Notes under the pieces: generated by a model | Seen by the model: only the letters and a program-made list of their open reading frames with translations | What the model was told of the DNA's origin: nothing | Database searches by the model: none | Part shown: piece after piece, positions 9,190 to 18,178 of the stretch | Position numbering within the stretch: position 1 is the first letter of the stretch | Layout: every line of letters begins with the position of its first letter | Source: an uncultured virus (IMG/VR IMGVR_UViG_3300025325_000017) | Taxonomy: Duplodnaviria; Heunggongvirae; Uroviricota; Caudoviricetes | Strand: one strand, 5' to 3' | DNA length: 20,000 nt | IMG/VR virus record: IMGVR_UViG_3300025325_000017 | Position numbers and translations under genes: made by a program

Positions 9190-10170
9190 ATGCCTTGGGG
9201 TTCATTGGTAGGAACAATCGTCGGCGGGATGATCGCGGGCGACGCCGCCGATGATGCTTCGTCGGCGATGACGGGCGCTTCCAAGGAAGCCATCGAGGAA
9301 CAAAGACGACAATACGACCAGACACAAGCGAATCTCGCCCCATGGTTGACTTCCGGACGGGCGGGCCTTACGCGAATGTCTCAACTTCTCGGTCTTCCTG
9401 GATTTTCCGCCAAGGATCAGGCTTTGACCGCCTTGGGTGGGGAGCCATCACGGGAATCGTTTACCAGCGCGGGAGGAGGAATTTCCCCCGAACATTGGAA
9501 TATTTTGGATCAAGCGGCAAAGGAAGAATATAACCGGCAGCACGGTCGCTTTATAATGAATTATGCCGCCCCAGATTATGAAAGAAAATTTGACCAAGCT
9601 GGATACGACGCGGCACTGAAGGACTGGAATTATAAAAGGACCGCTGCTGAGAGCCTTAAAGATGAAGCCGATTTCGGCGCACTGAACAAGAAATTCACCC
9701 TGGCGGATTTTTGGGATGATCCGATAACCAAGTCGTCTTATCAATCGGGATTGGACTTGGGAACCGAAGCCATTGATCGTATGACCGGAGCCAGGGGCAC
9801 GCGAAAATCCGGCGCGACGCTGAAAGAACTGTCACGATTCGGAACCGACTATACCGGACAGAAAGCCGGGGAATCCTATAATAGATTCTACGGCGATCAA
9901 GAAAGGACTTTGAATCGCTTGGCCGGCATCTCCGGCACTGGGCAGACAACCGGGCAATATCTTGGCGATACGGGCGGTCGTACCAGCGCAAACATCGGTA
10001 ATCTTTTGACTAATGCCGGTTCTGTCAGGGGCGCGGCGGCGATCCGACAAGGAAATATCTACGGCGGGATGGCGCAGAATATAGGAGATTGGTACACCCA
10101 AAAATCTTATAACGATGATGGTTCCCTCGATAGAAGCCAATCTTCAGCGACATCAACTTGGTATCCATAG
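9190..10170 (+). CDS. DNA ejection/pilot protein (P22 gp7-like)
   Basis: AGGAGG RBS; Gly/Ala hydrophobic N-terminus, 'AIEEQRRQYDQTQANLAPW', 'SGATLKELSRFG', 'NRLAGISGTGQ'. Confidence 0.75.
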   Translation: MPWGSLVGTIVGGMIAGDAADDASSAMTGASKEAIEEQRRQYDQTQANLAPWLTSGRAGLTRMSQLLGLPGFSAKDQALTALGGEPSRESFTSAGGGISPEHWNILDQAAKEEYNRQHGRFIMNYAAPDYERKFDQAGYDAALKDWNYKRTAAESLKDEADFGALNKKFTLADFWDDPITKSSYQSGLDLGTEAIDRMTGARGTRKSGATLKELSRFGTDYTGQKAGESYNRFYGDQERTLNRLAGISGTGQTTGQYLGDTGGRTSANIGNLLTNAGSVRGAAAIRQGNIYGGMAQNIGDWYTQKSYNDDGSLDRSQSSATSTWYP

Positions 10171-10179
10171 GAACTAGCC

Positions 10180-11163
10180 ATGCCACTTGATCCATCAATT
10201 TTTAATCAACTCGAAATGCCTCGGGCTCCATTGAACCCGATGGACCTGGAAAGAGACAGGCTGGCAAATACCGCCTTGCAACAGAAGTCGGTCGCCGGCT
10301 CACTTGCCCTTCATAGGGAGGCGCTTGTCAACGTAACTGATCCGACCCAAGCCGCCAAATGGATAAGGGACGGGTTCAATGATCGCAATCTAAGTCCTAT
10401 TCTGCAAAAAGCCGGCTCCCCGGAAGAAATAATTTCACGAATCCCTCAAGACCCGAAAGGATTCGCCGACTGGATAAAACGAAATGCCCTTGGGCTGGAA
10501 AAGTATTATGAATTGACAATGAAGCCTCAGAAATCTGGGTCATCTCCCATGCAACAAAGAAAATTCGATAAACAAATTTCTGATGATTTTAAATCAACGG
10601 GACAAGCGATGCAGACAATGGCGGAAATAACCAACGCCATAAAGACAGTCCGTGCATCCAAAGGATTATCGGCGAGAGAAGGTTATACCGGATATATTCC
10701 CTCCCTCCTTCAGGGCCCGGAAGCCATGAGCGCCCAAAATCGCATCGAAACACTCAAGGGGAAAGTTACCCAAATGGGGAAAGCCATGGCCACGATGTCC
10801 GGCGCAATAGGACCAATGGCGGTCCAAGAATGGAAAATCGTCGCTGATGCCATAAATGCAATAGACCCAACAGCGGGAAATTTGGAAGAACAACTTTCAA
10901 ATATAGAAGCACAAGCGATGGGCGCGTCGGAAAGAATAAAAGATTCGTATGACAGAACTTATGAAAATAAGTTCGAGAATTATCCGCAGTTTGAAACTGG
11001 GAATATAAGAATATATCCATCAACAACATCCCCTCGATCAAAACCAACGAATGTCCCCCTATCTCCAGCGCCAACGTCCCCGCCGCCTCAATCGCCTTCG
11101 CCGCCTCGTTACAGCAGAGAGCAAATCGAGGCTGAATTACGTCGCAGAAAGGTCATAAAATGA
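10180..11163 (+). CDS. Putative DNA ejection protein (gp20 position)
   Basis: 'MPLDPSI' start, helical composition, Pro-rich linker; synteny. Confidence 0.6.
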   Translation: MPLDPSIFNQLEMPRAPLNPMDLERDRLANTALQQKSVAGSLALHREALVNVTDPTQAAKWIRDGFNDRNLSPILQKAGSPEEIISRIPQDPKGFADWIKRNALGLEKYYELTMKPQKSGSSPMQQRKFDKQISDDFKSTGQAMQTMAEITNAIKTVRASKGLSAREGYTGYIPSLLQGPEAMSAQNRIETLKGKVTQMGKAMATMSGAIGPMAVQEWKIVADAINAIDPTAGNLEEQLSNIEAQAMGASERIKDSYDRTYENKFENYPQFETGNIRIYPSTTSPRSKPTNVPLSPAPTSPPPQSPSPPRYSREQIEAELRRRKVIK

Positions 11164-13193
11164 CCGACCTATCTTCCATGTCCACCAAGGACTTGATGAA
11201 GATGCGCGAGGAAGCATCGCTGACAGAGCTATCTTCCATGTCCACCGAGGACTTGATGAAGATGCGTCCCCAGATAACGTCATCTCAAGTCATGTCCCTT
11301 TTTAAGGGGGGGAAGCCGGTTGACGATTATCCTGTTCTGGCTTCCCCCATCGCTCGCGCGGGGTTGGGGGCTTATCAAGCCTTTATGGCCCCCATCCAAC
11401 TGGGGGCGAATGTAGGTGAAAAACTGGCTGATATATCCGGAGCTACCGATTTAAGTCGGCTGGTTAAAAAGAAGCTGGGCATACATACCGGCGGGAAGCC
11501 TCTTCTGAGCGCGGGGGGGCTTAATCAAACTTTAGGTGGATTGGAGGCCGCAAAACGCCAAGCCATGGCGGCAAGATCGGGAAGGCCGGTGGGAGAGGAA
11601 TGGGATATAGCCGGGCTTCTTGGTTCTTTGTATCCTGGAACGATGGCCTATAAAAGCATAGCCGGAGCTTTGCCTAAGGTCATTTCAGAACAAGCCCCTT
11701 CCCTGACAGGTCGCACTGTCGGGAGGATGCTTACGGGCGGCGGCACGGCGGCGCTTACTATCCCAGTAACTTCAGGTGGCGAGGATTTCTTTAATGAGAA
11801 AGGAATTCAGACCGGGATCGGCGCGGCTGTCCCCGTGGCGGCGTCTACACTAATTTCACTTCTCAAGGGGACGGGAAAGATCGGCGGTAAGATTTATTCG
11901 ACTTTGAGAGACGCCGCGCGTCTTCATACTAAGACAGGTCCGCAAAAAATAGCCGAAGCTCATTTCCAATCCATCGCCAAGGAAGGCGGAGAAGAAGCCA
12001 CGGGAAAGACGGTTAAATCACTGTTACAAGCAGAGAAGATATTAAATAAACCGACTTCTGCCGAGGCGATAGCGGCGGGGAATATCGGCAAGGGCGAAAG
12101 ATTCGGTGGACCGGTGGTGCGTTTGCAGGAAGAACTTGCAAGCCTGCCGGAGACAACCACCAAACTTCGTAGTATCGAGGCTGCACAAGAACAAATCCGA
12201 AAAGGTGCTATTGAGAATATCGCCAAGGGCACATCGGCGGAATCGGCGCTGCTAGAGCGCACAATTGCGGCGGCGAAGAATTACGACAAGGCGTTTTATA
12301 GAACTATAGATGGAAAGAAAATTCCTCATACGGCAACTCCAGACCGAGAATTGCAAACAATTTTCGATAAATTTGGAAACGATACGCCTAAAATTCTTGG
12401 TCGCGCCAAGGATTTGGCTGTCAAAGACGGCAAACAATTCAAAATTGGCGCGAAATATCCTATTGAATCTCTCCATTTTACAAAAATGGCGCTCGATGAC
12501 GTGATAAAAAATCCAGAACAATTCGGCATCGGCGCTTCCGAGGCCAGAGCCTTGGCAAGAACGCAAGGGGAACTTGTAAAATGGATTGGAGCCAAATCCA
12601 AGGCTTATGATTTTGCCCGGCAGGAACACAAGCGGCTTTCGGAGATTCTGAATCGCACTAAGGCCAGGGATACACTGGCGAATATTCTTACGGGGCCAAA
12701 AGGGGAAGAAAGAGCGACACAATTCTTGAATGCTACCAGAGATATTCCGAAGACTTTCAAGAAAGCAACGGGATCGCAACGATACGCGAAATTGGAAGAT
12801 ATTTTATTGCCGAATGAAACGATGCTGGTCAATAAAGTAACCCGTGAATTGGAAAGAGAAGCCATGGCAGGGAGAATGGCGAAGGAAGTTAATCTTCCAG
12901 GCGCAGTCAACCCAGTAACGGGGAAAATGGAAAGTTTGCCGCAGATGTTGTGGACCCCAAATATGATTGCAAAATGGGTCATGCGAATCAGCGGCAGGGA
13001 AGGCGATAAGGAAGTAAACAAAATTGCCGCTGACATCGCCGCCAATCCATCTCGCGCGGCCGAAGTAATCAGCAGGCTTCCTTCCAGATTGCAAACTATG
13101 GGCAAAAATCTTTTATCCGATTTGGATGAATTCCTGAAAACCGAAATAGCAAAAACCGCCGCCATTCAGGGCACGAACAGATTGAGAGAATAG
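11160..13193 (+). CDS. Putative DNA ejection protein (gp16 position, 677 aa)
   Basis: ATGA overlap; long A/G/K-rich helical protein; synteny before tail fibre. Confidence 0.6.
   Translation: MTDLSSMSTKDLMKMREEASLTELSSMSTEDLMKMRPQITSSQVMSLFKGGKPVDDYPVLASPIARAGLGAYQAFMAPIQLGANVGEKLADISGATDLSRLVKKKLGIHTGGKPLLSAGGLNQTLGGLEAAKRQAMAARSGRPVGEEWDIAGLLGSLYPGTMAYKSIAGALPKVISEQAPSLTGRTVGRMLTGGGTAALTIPVTSGGEDFFNEKGIQTGIGAAVPVAASTLISLLKGTGKIGGKIYSTLRDAARLHTKTGPQKIAEAHFQSIAKEGGEEATGKTVKSLLQAEKILNKPTSAEAIAAGNIGKGERFGGPVVRLQEELASLPETTTKLRSIEAAQEQIRKGAIENIAKGTSAESALLERTIAAAKNYDKAFYRTIDGKKIPHTATPDRELQTIFDKFGNDTPKILGRAKDLAVKDGKQFKIGAKYPIESLHFTKMALDDVIKNPEQFGIGASEARALARTQGELVKWIGAKSKAYDFARQEHKRLSEILNRTKARDTLANILTGPKGEERATQFLNATRDIPKTFKKATGSQRYAKLEDILLPNETMLVNKVTRELEREAMAGRMAKEVNLPGAVNPVTGKMESLPQMLWTPNMIAKWVMRISGREGDKEVNKIAADIAANPSRAAEVISRLPSRLQTMGKNLLSDLDEFLKTEIAKTAAIQGTNRLRE
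11161..11266 (+). repeat. Tandem near-identical ~46-bp repeat, 60-bp period (TDLSSMSTKDLMKMR / TELSSMSTEDLMKMR)
   Basis: ctatcttccatgtccacc(a/g)aggacttgatgaagatgcg occurs twice. Confidence 0.9.
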
Positions 13194-13201
13194 GATAAAA
13201 C

Positions 13202-14605
13202 ATGGCCGTCAAATTATTATTCAACGACATCCCGGCATTTTTCGATTCCAACGGCGACCCGCTCAACGGCGGTAAGTTGTTCACCTATGCCGCCGGTTCC
13301 AGCACCAAACAAAATACTTATACGACTTCCGCTGGAACAGTCGCACACGCCAATCCCATTATTCTCAATTCCAGGGGAGAACCCGCCAATGCGATATGGG
13401 GAACAGTTGGAATATCTTATAAATTAGTCTTATCTCCATCCACCGATTCCGATCCTCCCGCCGCGTCTTTCTGGACCATAGATAATATCACGCCGATAAA
13501 TGACGCCAATACACTGCTGGATCAATGGTTGACTGGGCCATCTCCGACATATATCAATGCCACGCAATTCACCCTGGTCGGAGATCAGACAACAACATTT
13601 CACGTTGGGCGCAGATTAAAAACGACTAACACCGGCGGATCAATTTATAGCACGATCACAACCACGGCTTACACGACGTTGACTACGGTCACAGTAGTCA
13701 ACGATTCTGGGTCCTTGGATTCGGGATTAAGCGCGGTTAGTTATGGGCTTTTAACTGCTTCCGATGCGGCGGTTCCGTGGGCCAAAATCGCTTCTACTGG
13801 ATGGACTTTCATCAAGGCAGTTACCATGTCCGACGTAGTTACCATGTCCGGGAAGTCTATCATCGAGGCCAATGCTTCCATCGCCGCTCACGCCACGACC
13901 ATGAACCCGTGGAGTCTAGGTAACTATGTAACCGCTACCGGCACGGCTGTAACTTTCACCGATCTCGCCGATGCCCCGCAAGCCGGGGCCGAAGTCGAGA
14001 TATACATGAATGCCGCGCACACCTGGACGAATAACGCCAACCTTGAGGTGGATGGGAATGCCAATTACATAGCGACGGTGGGAGATAGGGTATTGCTCCG
14101 CGCCAAATCCACGACTGTAACCACCGTGCATCCTCGGAGAAAGGCCGGATCTGGCAAGCTCATTCAGCGCGTCGAGGCGACTCCGTATACGGCGTATACG
14201 ACCATAAACACAGCCATCCCGGGCGACGACACAATTCCGCAAAATACCGAAGGCGCCGAAATGCAGACGGTGTCCATCACACCGACGAACAGCAACAATC
14301 GCCTGGTCATCCGAGCTAGTTGTACATGCCTGAGTCACAGCGGCGCCGGAATGCTTCTAGGTGCGATATTCCAGGATGCCACGGCGGATGCCCTGGCCGT
14401 AGGGAATGTCCAATCGTCCGCTGTTGGCGCACCGATACAACTAGTGGTCACGCATGAAATGGCTGCAAACCAGATAACCGAAACGATGTTTAAATTCCGC
14501 CTGGGTCCGAACTCTGGTCAAATGTATGTAAACGGCAACAACACTGCGCGGCTCATGGGTGGCTTAAACAACGTCAGGTTTTTAGTCGAGGAAATTGCAA
14601 CGTGA
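13202..14605 (+). CDS. Tail fibre/tailspike with N-terminal head-binding-type domain
   Basis: 'FFDSNGDPLNGGKLFTYAAGSSTK...NPIILNSRGE' N-terminus typical of podovirus fibre anchors; Thr-rich modular body. Confidence 0.8.
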   Translation: MAVKLLFNDIPAFFDSNGDPLNGGKLFTYAAGSSTKQNTYTTSAGTVAHANPIILNSRGEPANAIWGTVGISYKLVLSPSTDSDPPAASFWTIDNITPINDANTLLDQWLTGPSPTYINATQFTLVGDQTTTFHVGRRLKTTNTGGSIYSTITTTAYTTLTTVTVVNDSGSLDSGLSAVSYGLLTASDAAVPWAKIASTGWTFIKAVTMSDVVTMSGKSIIEANASIAAHATTMNPWSLGNYVTATGTAVTFTDLADAPQAGAEVEIYMNAAHTWTNNANLEVDGNANYIATVGDRVLLRAKSTTVTTVHPRRKAGSGKLIQRVEATPYTAYTTINTAIPGDDTIPQNTEGAEMQTVSITPTNSNNRLVIRASCTCLSHSGAGMLLGAIFQDATADALAVGNVQSSAVGAPIQLVVTHEMAANQITETMFKFRLGPNSGQMYVNGNNTARLMGGLNNVRFLVEEIAT

Positions 14606-15093
14606 TGTCGCTAGGCTTTCTAAGCAACCATGCCGCTCTGCATGCACTCGGAGCCACGATAGTCACATCCACCGATTTTGAGACCAGTTATGCGCCGGAC
14701 AATCTGGACATTTCCGGTCTGGCCGCCGCCGTCCTCGCGGCGGCAAAGGCTTCTAAGAAGAAACAATTGCAAGCGGTTTATGATCTAAAGATGTCCTCCG
14801 GATTCACCTCCTCCGCCCTCGGTGCCGCATATATCTACGCCACCGACGATGACCGCAAGGCGATCCTGACCGCAGGAGCCTTGCGCGCGTTTCGGGGGTT
14901 GACACAGAATTATTATTGCACTGATGTCGCCACCGGAATCGGCGCCATTCGTGCTCATACTCCCGCGCAGATGCTCCAGGTGTTGGACAATGCCGAAGCC
15001 ATAGCGCAGGCGTATTTAAGCAGTCTGCTCGCTAAGACGGCGGCGGTGACAACGGCAGCGACCGAAGCAGAGATAAATGCTATTAGCTGGTGA
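14602..15093 (+). CDS. Tail fibre assembly/chaperone-like protein (DUF4376-like)
   Basis: Follows fibre gene; 'GFTSSALGAAYIY', 'HTPAQMLQV', C-terminal 'EINAISW'. Confidence 0.7.
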   Translation: MMSLGFLSNHAALHALGATIVTSTDFETSYAPDNLDISGLAAAVLAAAKASKKKQLQAVYDLKMSSGFTSSALGAAYIYATDDDRKAILTAGALRAFRGLTQNYYCTDVATGIGAIRAHTPAQMLQVLDNAEAIAQAYLSSLLAKTAAVTTAATEAEINAISW

Positions 15094-15115
15094 ACCGATT
15101 GAGGAGGAATGGTGG

Positions 15116-15412
15116 ATGAACCAGGAAGAAATCAAACGGCTGGCGGCGACGCTGGCACCACAAATCATCGCGTCCATCCGCGAATCAAAGCATGATTTCT
15201 GGATAGACCCGGAGAACCATTTCAGGGCGCACATCGTAATGGACCAATTCGCCGAGTGTCTTGACATGGAGACATTACAGACCTTGCGCGATCTACTCAA
15301 GGCGTATCGCAGGGGAAGAAAGCTATTCTTTGCGGCGTTCGTCGGGTTGATGATCGTCGGCGCGCTCGGACTGGTCGCTATCGCAATCGGAATGAAACCG
15401 CCATGGAAATGA
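15116..15412 (+). CDS. Putative holin/antiholin-like membrane protein (1 C-terminal TM)
   Basis: GAGGAGG RBS before ATG 15116; RRGRK followed by hydrophobic helix; precedes endolysin. Confidence 0.55.
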   Translation: MNQEEIKRLAATLAPQIIASIRESKHDFWIDPENHFRAHIVMDQFAECLDMETLQTLRDLLKAYRRGRKLFFAAFVGLMIVGALGLVAIAIGMKPPWK

Positions 15413-15876
15413 ACAAATTCGATAGGGCAATCGATCTTATTTTGGCCGAGGAAGGAGGATATGTAATAGATCCGCTTGATCCTGGCGGAGAAACAAAATA
15501 TGGAATTTCCAAACGCGCGTATCCTGAAATCAACATCGGCAGCCTGACTTTGGATCAGGCGAAGACTATCTACATGCGCGATTATTGGGAGCCATGTAAG
15601 TGCGACAGTCTGCCTTGGCCATTGTCCTTATTTGTTTTCGATGCCGCTGTCAATCAAGGAACTGACGCGGCGATCAAGATGCTGCAACATACGCTACAGA
15701 CCAATCAAGACGGCATTATCGGTTCCGTGACTTTAAGGCTCGCCGGGGAATCTCGGAAATGGCACTGGGCGCGCTTCATGGCCTTCCGAACCATGAGGTA
15801 TCAAGGCACCCGCAACTATGATCGTTTCGGTGAAAACTGGTTGATCCGTATATTCCGGATCGCTATGGAGGCCTAG
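15403..15876 (+). CDS. Endolysin, glycoside hydrolase family 108
   Basis: 'EEGGYVIDPLDPGGETKYGIS' and 'FDAAVNQG' GH108 motifs; 'DGIIGSVT' peptidoglycan-binding-like segment. Confidence 0.9.
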   Translation: MEMNKFDRAIDLILAEEGGYVIDPLDPGGETKYGISKRAYPEINIGSLTLDQAKTIYMRDYWEPCKCDSLPWPLSLFVFDAAVNQGTDAAIKMLQHTLQTNQDGIIGSVTLRLAGESRKWHWARFMAFRTMRYQGTRNYDRFGENWLIRIFRIAMEA

Positions 15877-15877
15877 G

Positions 15878-16255
15878 ATGGAAACTATTCTCGCGTCACT
15901 TGTCGCCCCCGCTGCTGTTGATATGCTCAAAAATCTATTCGCGTCAGCTTCCCGCAAATGGATCGGGTTATCGGTGGACGATCAGATCAAATTAGAGAAC
16001 GCTAATATAGAGAGGCTGAAAGCCCTGGCGCTGTTGGATAATCCCAACGGAACACCTTCTCAATGGGTTATAAACCTCCGTGGGGCCTCCAGGTACGTCG
16101 CAGTCATCCTGTCCGTGGGGGTAGGGGCGGGGATGATGTTAAAGGCCACCACGCCCGAACTGGAGGTCTTGGGCTTTGAGCTTGTCGCCATGCCTGTCAG
16201 CTTCCTTTTCGGCGAAAGAATGTATCTTGGATTCAAAGGTAACATGGCTAAATGA
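15878..16255 (+). CDS. Putative holin (3TM holin-like)
   Basis: GGAGG RBS; 'PSQWVINLRGASRY', two hydrophobic segments and 'FLFGER'; adjacent to endolysin. Confidence 0.65.
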   Translation: METILASLVAPAAVDMLKNLFASASRKWIGLSVDDQIKLENANIERLKALALLDNPNGTPSQWVINLRGASRYVAVILSVGVGAGMMLKATTPELEVLGFELVAMPVSFLFGERMYLGFKGNMAK

Positions 16256-16275
16256 AATCTATCCTGCGATAGGTG

Positions 16276-16303
16276 GAATTCTGTCTAATACACTGTGTTA
16301 TAC
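16276..16303 (+). other. attI-like site 1 (GTCTAAT-ACACTGT-GTTATAC); 21-bp direct repeat with 19500-19520
   Basis: GAATTCTGTCTAATACACTGT identical to 19500-19520; lies at the left boundary of the array; 2 extra nt (GT) before the GTT core. Confidence 0.65.
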
Positions 16304-16462
16304 GGCAATGTTTTTACGGCACTGGTCCCATGCCAGAGCAGGGGTTTTCCCCCAGGCAAGGAGCGTTGCCGGTCCTTCTTCCCAAATGTGGTAACCACCC
16401 CATGTTGCCCGACAACAAAAGGCTCTCGGTATTATATTCAGTACAAACTGTTTCGCGGTCAT
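16298..16462 (-). CDS. Cassette ORF, hypothetical (54 aa, MTAKQFVLNIIP...KNIAV)
   Basis: GAGGA RBS; stop TAA is the TTA of the GTTA core. Confidence 0.65.
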   Translation of the reverse strand: MTAKQFVLNIIPRAFCCRATWGGYHIWEEGPATLLAWGKTPALAWDQCRKNIAV

Positions 16463-16474
16463 GTTGTGGTCCTC

Positions 16475-16535
16475 GTGTAACAAGTCATTCCAGCCGATCC
16501 TCGCTACGCTCGGGCGGCTGAATTCCGGCTTATAC
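16475..16535 (+). repeat. attC-like site (R' lacks the G: C-TTATAC)
   Basis: GTGTAAC-AAGTC-ATTCCAGCCG...CGGCTGAAT-TCCGGC-TTATAC; extra C in L''; CTCGCTACGCTCG loop. Confidence 0.8.
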
Positions 16536-17192
16536 GTTGCGCTCGCAATCATCGTTTTTGCGGCAAATTATCCAGAAGCAATGACGCTTCCGGGCGTGGT
16601 GCGCGGTTTTCCATTTCGTTGAAACCATCGGCCCTTTCCTGATTTTTACAATCAGATCGCAGACCGTGAAACCCGCTTCCTCGGCCATCCGCATAAAATC
16701 AGCGTGCGGCCATTTCGATTTGTGGTTGTTCACCATGTCGGTGATTTTGGCGAGCAGCAAGCCGTTCGGCTTTAATACGCGCATGGCCTGTTTTAAGAAC
16801 GGCGGATAGAGATAACTCAGGTTCCAATCCTGGTCGACCCCGCATTCCATTGTCGCGCCGAAGTCCACGTCGAAACGCTTTTTGCTTTTGTCCCGCCCTT
16901 GCGGGCCGACATGGGGCGGATCGAATATTACCGCACCATACGTCGCTGCCTTGACGCCATTCATTACTCGATTGTCGCCAACAATCATTGGTTTGTATCG
17001 CGGGTCAATGTCCATCGACACCACTTTTCGCTTTGAGCCTTTCCACATGCGCCCGGCGTTGTAGGTTGAATCAAGAATCGGCTCGGGTGGGATTGTCGGG
17101 TAGAACTTGAACATCGCTTCCAGCAAATCGGAATCGTTTCCTTCCCACACGCTGCTAATCGGAGCGTAAAGGAATGGTGCGAGGTCAGTCAC
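16530..17192 (-). CDS. DNA amino-methyltransferase (N6A/N4C type)
   Basis: Motif I-like 'ILDSTYNAGRMW', motif IV-like 'FDPPH', 'AMRVLKPNGLL'; GTGA overlap with upstream ORF; stop in attC core. Confidence 0.8.
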   Translation of the reverse strand: MTDLAPFLYAPISSVWEGNDSDLLEAMFKFYPTIPPEPILDSTYNAGRMWKGSKRKVVSMDIDPRYKPMIVGDNRVMNGVKAATYGAVIFDPPHVGPQGRDKSKKRFDVDFGATMECGVDQDWNLSYLYPPFLKQAMRVLKPNGLLLAKITDMVNNHKSKWPHADFMRMAEEAGFTVCDLIVKIRKGPMVSTKWKTAHHARKRHCFWIICRKNDDCERNV

Positions 17193-17374
17193 GGGCGAAT
17201 TCCAAATGAGTCACGAAAAATACCAGTACATGCACAACAAAACCAAGTATGCCCGTTGTCCCGGCTATAGTGCCAAACATCATGCTGGCAAACGCGGCAG
17301 TAGGAAGTCCGACTCATAACAACTGGCTGGAACCGACGCCGGAGACAGCGCAGCATGTTTCCTGTAGCGTTCAT
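17189..17374 (-). CDS. Small Cys-rich (CxxC...CxxC) putative zinc-ribbon protein; start uncertain (17374, 17356 or 17317)
   Basis: CRVC...CCAC; ATGA and GTGA overlaps with both neighbours; N-terminus encoded through the attC. Confidence 0.55.
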   Translation of the reverse strand: MNATGNMLRCLRRRFQPVVMSRTSYCRVCQHDVWHYSRDNGHTWFCCACTGIFRDSFGIRP

Positions 17375-17404
17375 GGCCGGCGCGGTTCATCCATGGCGTT
17401 ATGG
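17314..17404 (+). repeat. attC-like site
   Basis: TCATAAC-AACTG-GCTGGAACCGACGCCGG...CCGGCGCGGTTCATCC-ATGGC-GTTATGG. Confidence 0.8.
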
Positions 17405-17643
17405 TGAACAACCGATGCCCAATGTACTGTGATGAAATTCTGTAAAAACTCAGAATCATCACCCATCGTCGGCCTTCCCTGTGATTTTGCCACGCTACGC
17501 GCAAGGTTCACGCAATCATGCACAGTCGCCCGCAGCGTAATATGTGCTGAAATATCGTTCCCCTCTGGGCCAGTAGCGGGCCAAGGCTCTCTCCACTCAA
17601 GTTCTGCGGTGTGCCTATTTTCTAGCAGATCGTCAATGTTCAT
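17371..17643 (-). CDS. Cassette ORF, hypothetical (90 aa)
   Basis: GGAGG RBS; reads through R'/L' of attC; ATGA coupling at both ends. Confidence 0.7.
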   Translation of the reverse strand: MNIDDLLENRHTAELEWREPWPATGPEGNDISAHITLRATVHDCVNLARSVAKSQGRPTMGDDSEFLQNFITVHWASVVHHNAMDEPRRP

Positions 17644-17828
17644 AGTTCCTCCGTGCGCTCGCCGGTTAAGGGCGCGTTAGGCAACGTATATTGATGATAG
17701 TATTTCCTTGTAAGCCTTTCGTATGTTTCAGCTCGTTCTTTATGAAGCCAAAAAGGATAAAGAAGTTCTGCTTCTTCCAAGGCTTTCTTCCTTGCCAGTT
17801 CCATCAACCCTACATAATCGAGTTCCAT
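17640..17828 (-). CDS. Cassette ORF, hypothetical (62 aa)
   Basis: AAGGAGG RBS; C-terminus PNAPLTGERTEEL encoded by the attC half site. Confidence 0.7.
   Translation of the reverse strand: MELDYVGLMELARKKALEEAELLYPFWLHKERAETYERLTRKYYHQYTLPNAPLTGERTEEL
17656..17682 (+). repeat. Right-half attC remnant (L'-R' only)
   Basis: CGCTCGCCGGTTAAG-GGCGC-GTTAGGC; GTTAGGCAA is the reverse complement of TTGCCTAAC at 17839-17847. Confidence 0.75.
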
Positions 17829-17924
17829 TCAACCTCCTTTGCCTAACAAGCGGTTCGAGATCGGACGGGCCTCGTCAGTGCCGTGTGCGGTTTCGTCGCC
17901 TTCTATTGGTTTCTCACCACTCAT
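17829..17924 (-). CDS. attC-encoded bridging mini-ORF (31 aa, MSGEKPIEGDETAHG...LLGKGG)
   Basis: GGAG RBS in attC loop; ATGA overlap with upstream stop; TGA abuts ATG of downstream gene. Confidence 0.45.
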   Translation of the reverse strand: MSGEKPIEGDETAHGTDEARPISNRLLGKGG

Positions 17925-17972
17925 GGTTTCTCATCTCCGTTATCGGCCCGCCGCTCAACCGCAGCGTTAGAT
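17841..17972 (+). repeat. attC-like site (132 bp)
   Basis: GCCTAAC-AAGC-GGTTCGAGATCGGACGGGCC...GGCCCGCCGCTCAACC-GCAGC-GTTAGAT; extra C in L''. Confidence 0.88.
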
Positions 17973-18178
17973 GGTGTAAACCCCATCTGTTCCGGCACCC
18001 CGACATAAGTCAGAAGCCGCACAGTTTCCTCACGCCACATAACAAAATAAAAATCATCCTGGCCGTGAAGCAACCCGATAAAAATATATTCGTTGCCTTC
18101 TTCGTCGAAATACTTGTTCCCTATTAAGGGCTCGTATTCTTTAACCAGATTTGTCCAATTATCATCTGCGTATGCCAT
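17921..18178 (-). CDS. Cassette ORF, hypothetical (85 aa)
   Basis: GAGG RBS and ATG overlap the R'' end of the attC; C-terminus SNAAVERRA encoded by the next attC arm. Confidence 0.75.
   Translation of the reverse strand: MAYADDNWTNLVKEYEPLIGNKYFDEEGNEYIFIGLLHGQDDFYFVMWREETVRLLTYVGVPEQMGFTPSNAAVERRADNGDEKP

Larger units (their letters stand above)
1..16255 (+). mobile_element. Phage/prophage late (virion morphogenesis + lysis) module, P22-like podovirus architecture
   Basis: Tightly packed co-oriented ORFs in the order scaffold, coat, adaptor, gp10-like hub, ejection proteins, tail fibre, lysis; no tape measure or sheath gene. Confidence 0.93.

Noticed and set aside
13819..13850. 14-bp direct repeat AGTTACCATGTCCG in tail fibre as DGR or invertase site
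   Set aside because: Short in-frame tandem duplication only; no reverse transcriptase, TR/VR pair or invertase in the window
466..14338. Numerous minus-strand and alternate-frame ORFs within the structural operon
   Set aside because: Antisense or frame shadows of coupled + strand phage genes with no recognisable motifs
16276..16303. dif/Xer site reading of the 21-bp repeat
   Set aside because: No match to the XerC/XerD arms (e.g. TTATGTTAAAT) with a 6-bp spacer; the attI-like layout fits better
17243..17266. Peptide SRDNGHTW identical to a segment of the gp10-like protein (7524-7547)
   Set aside because: Matches the common Asp-box consensus SxDxGxTW, codons differ and flanks are unrelated; likely coincidence, though mimicry cannot be formally excluded
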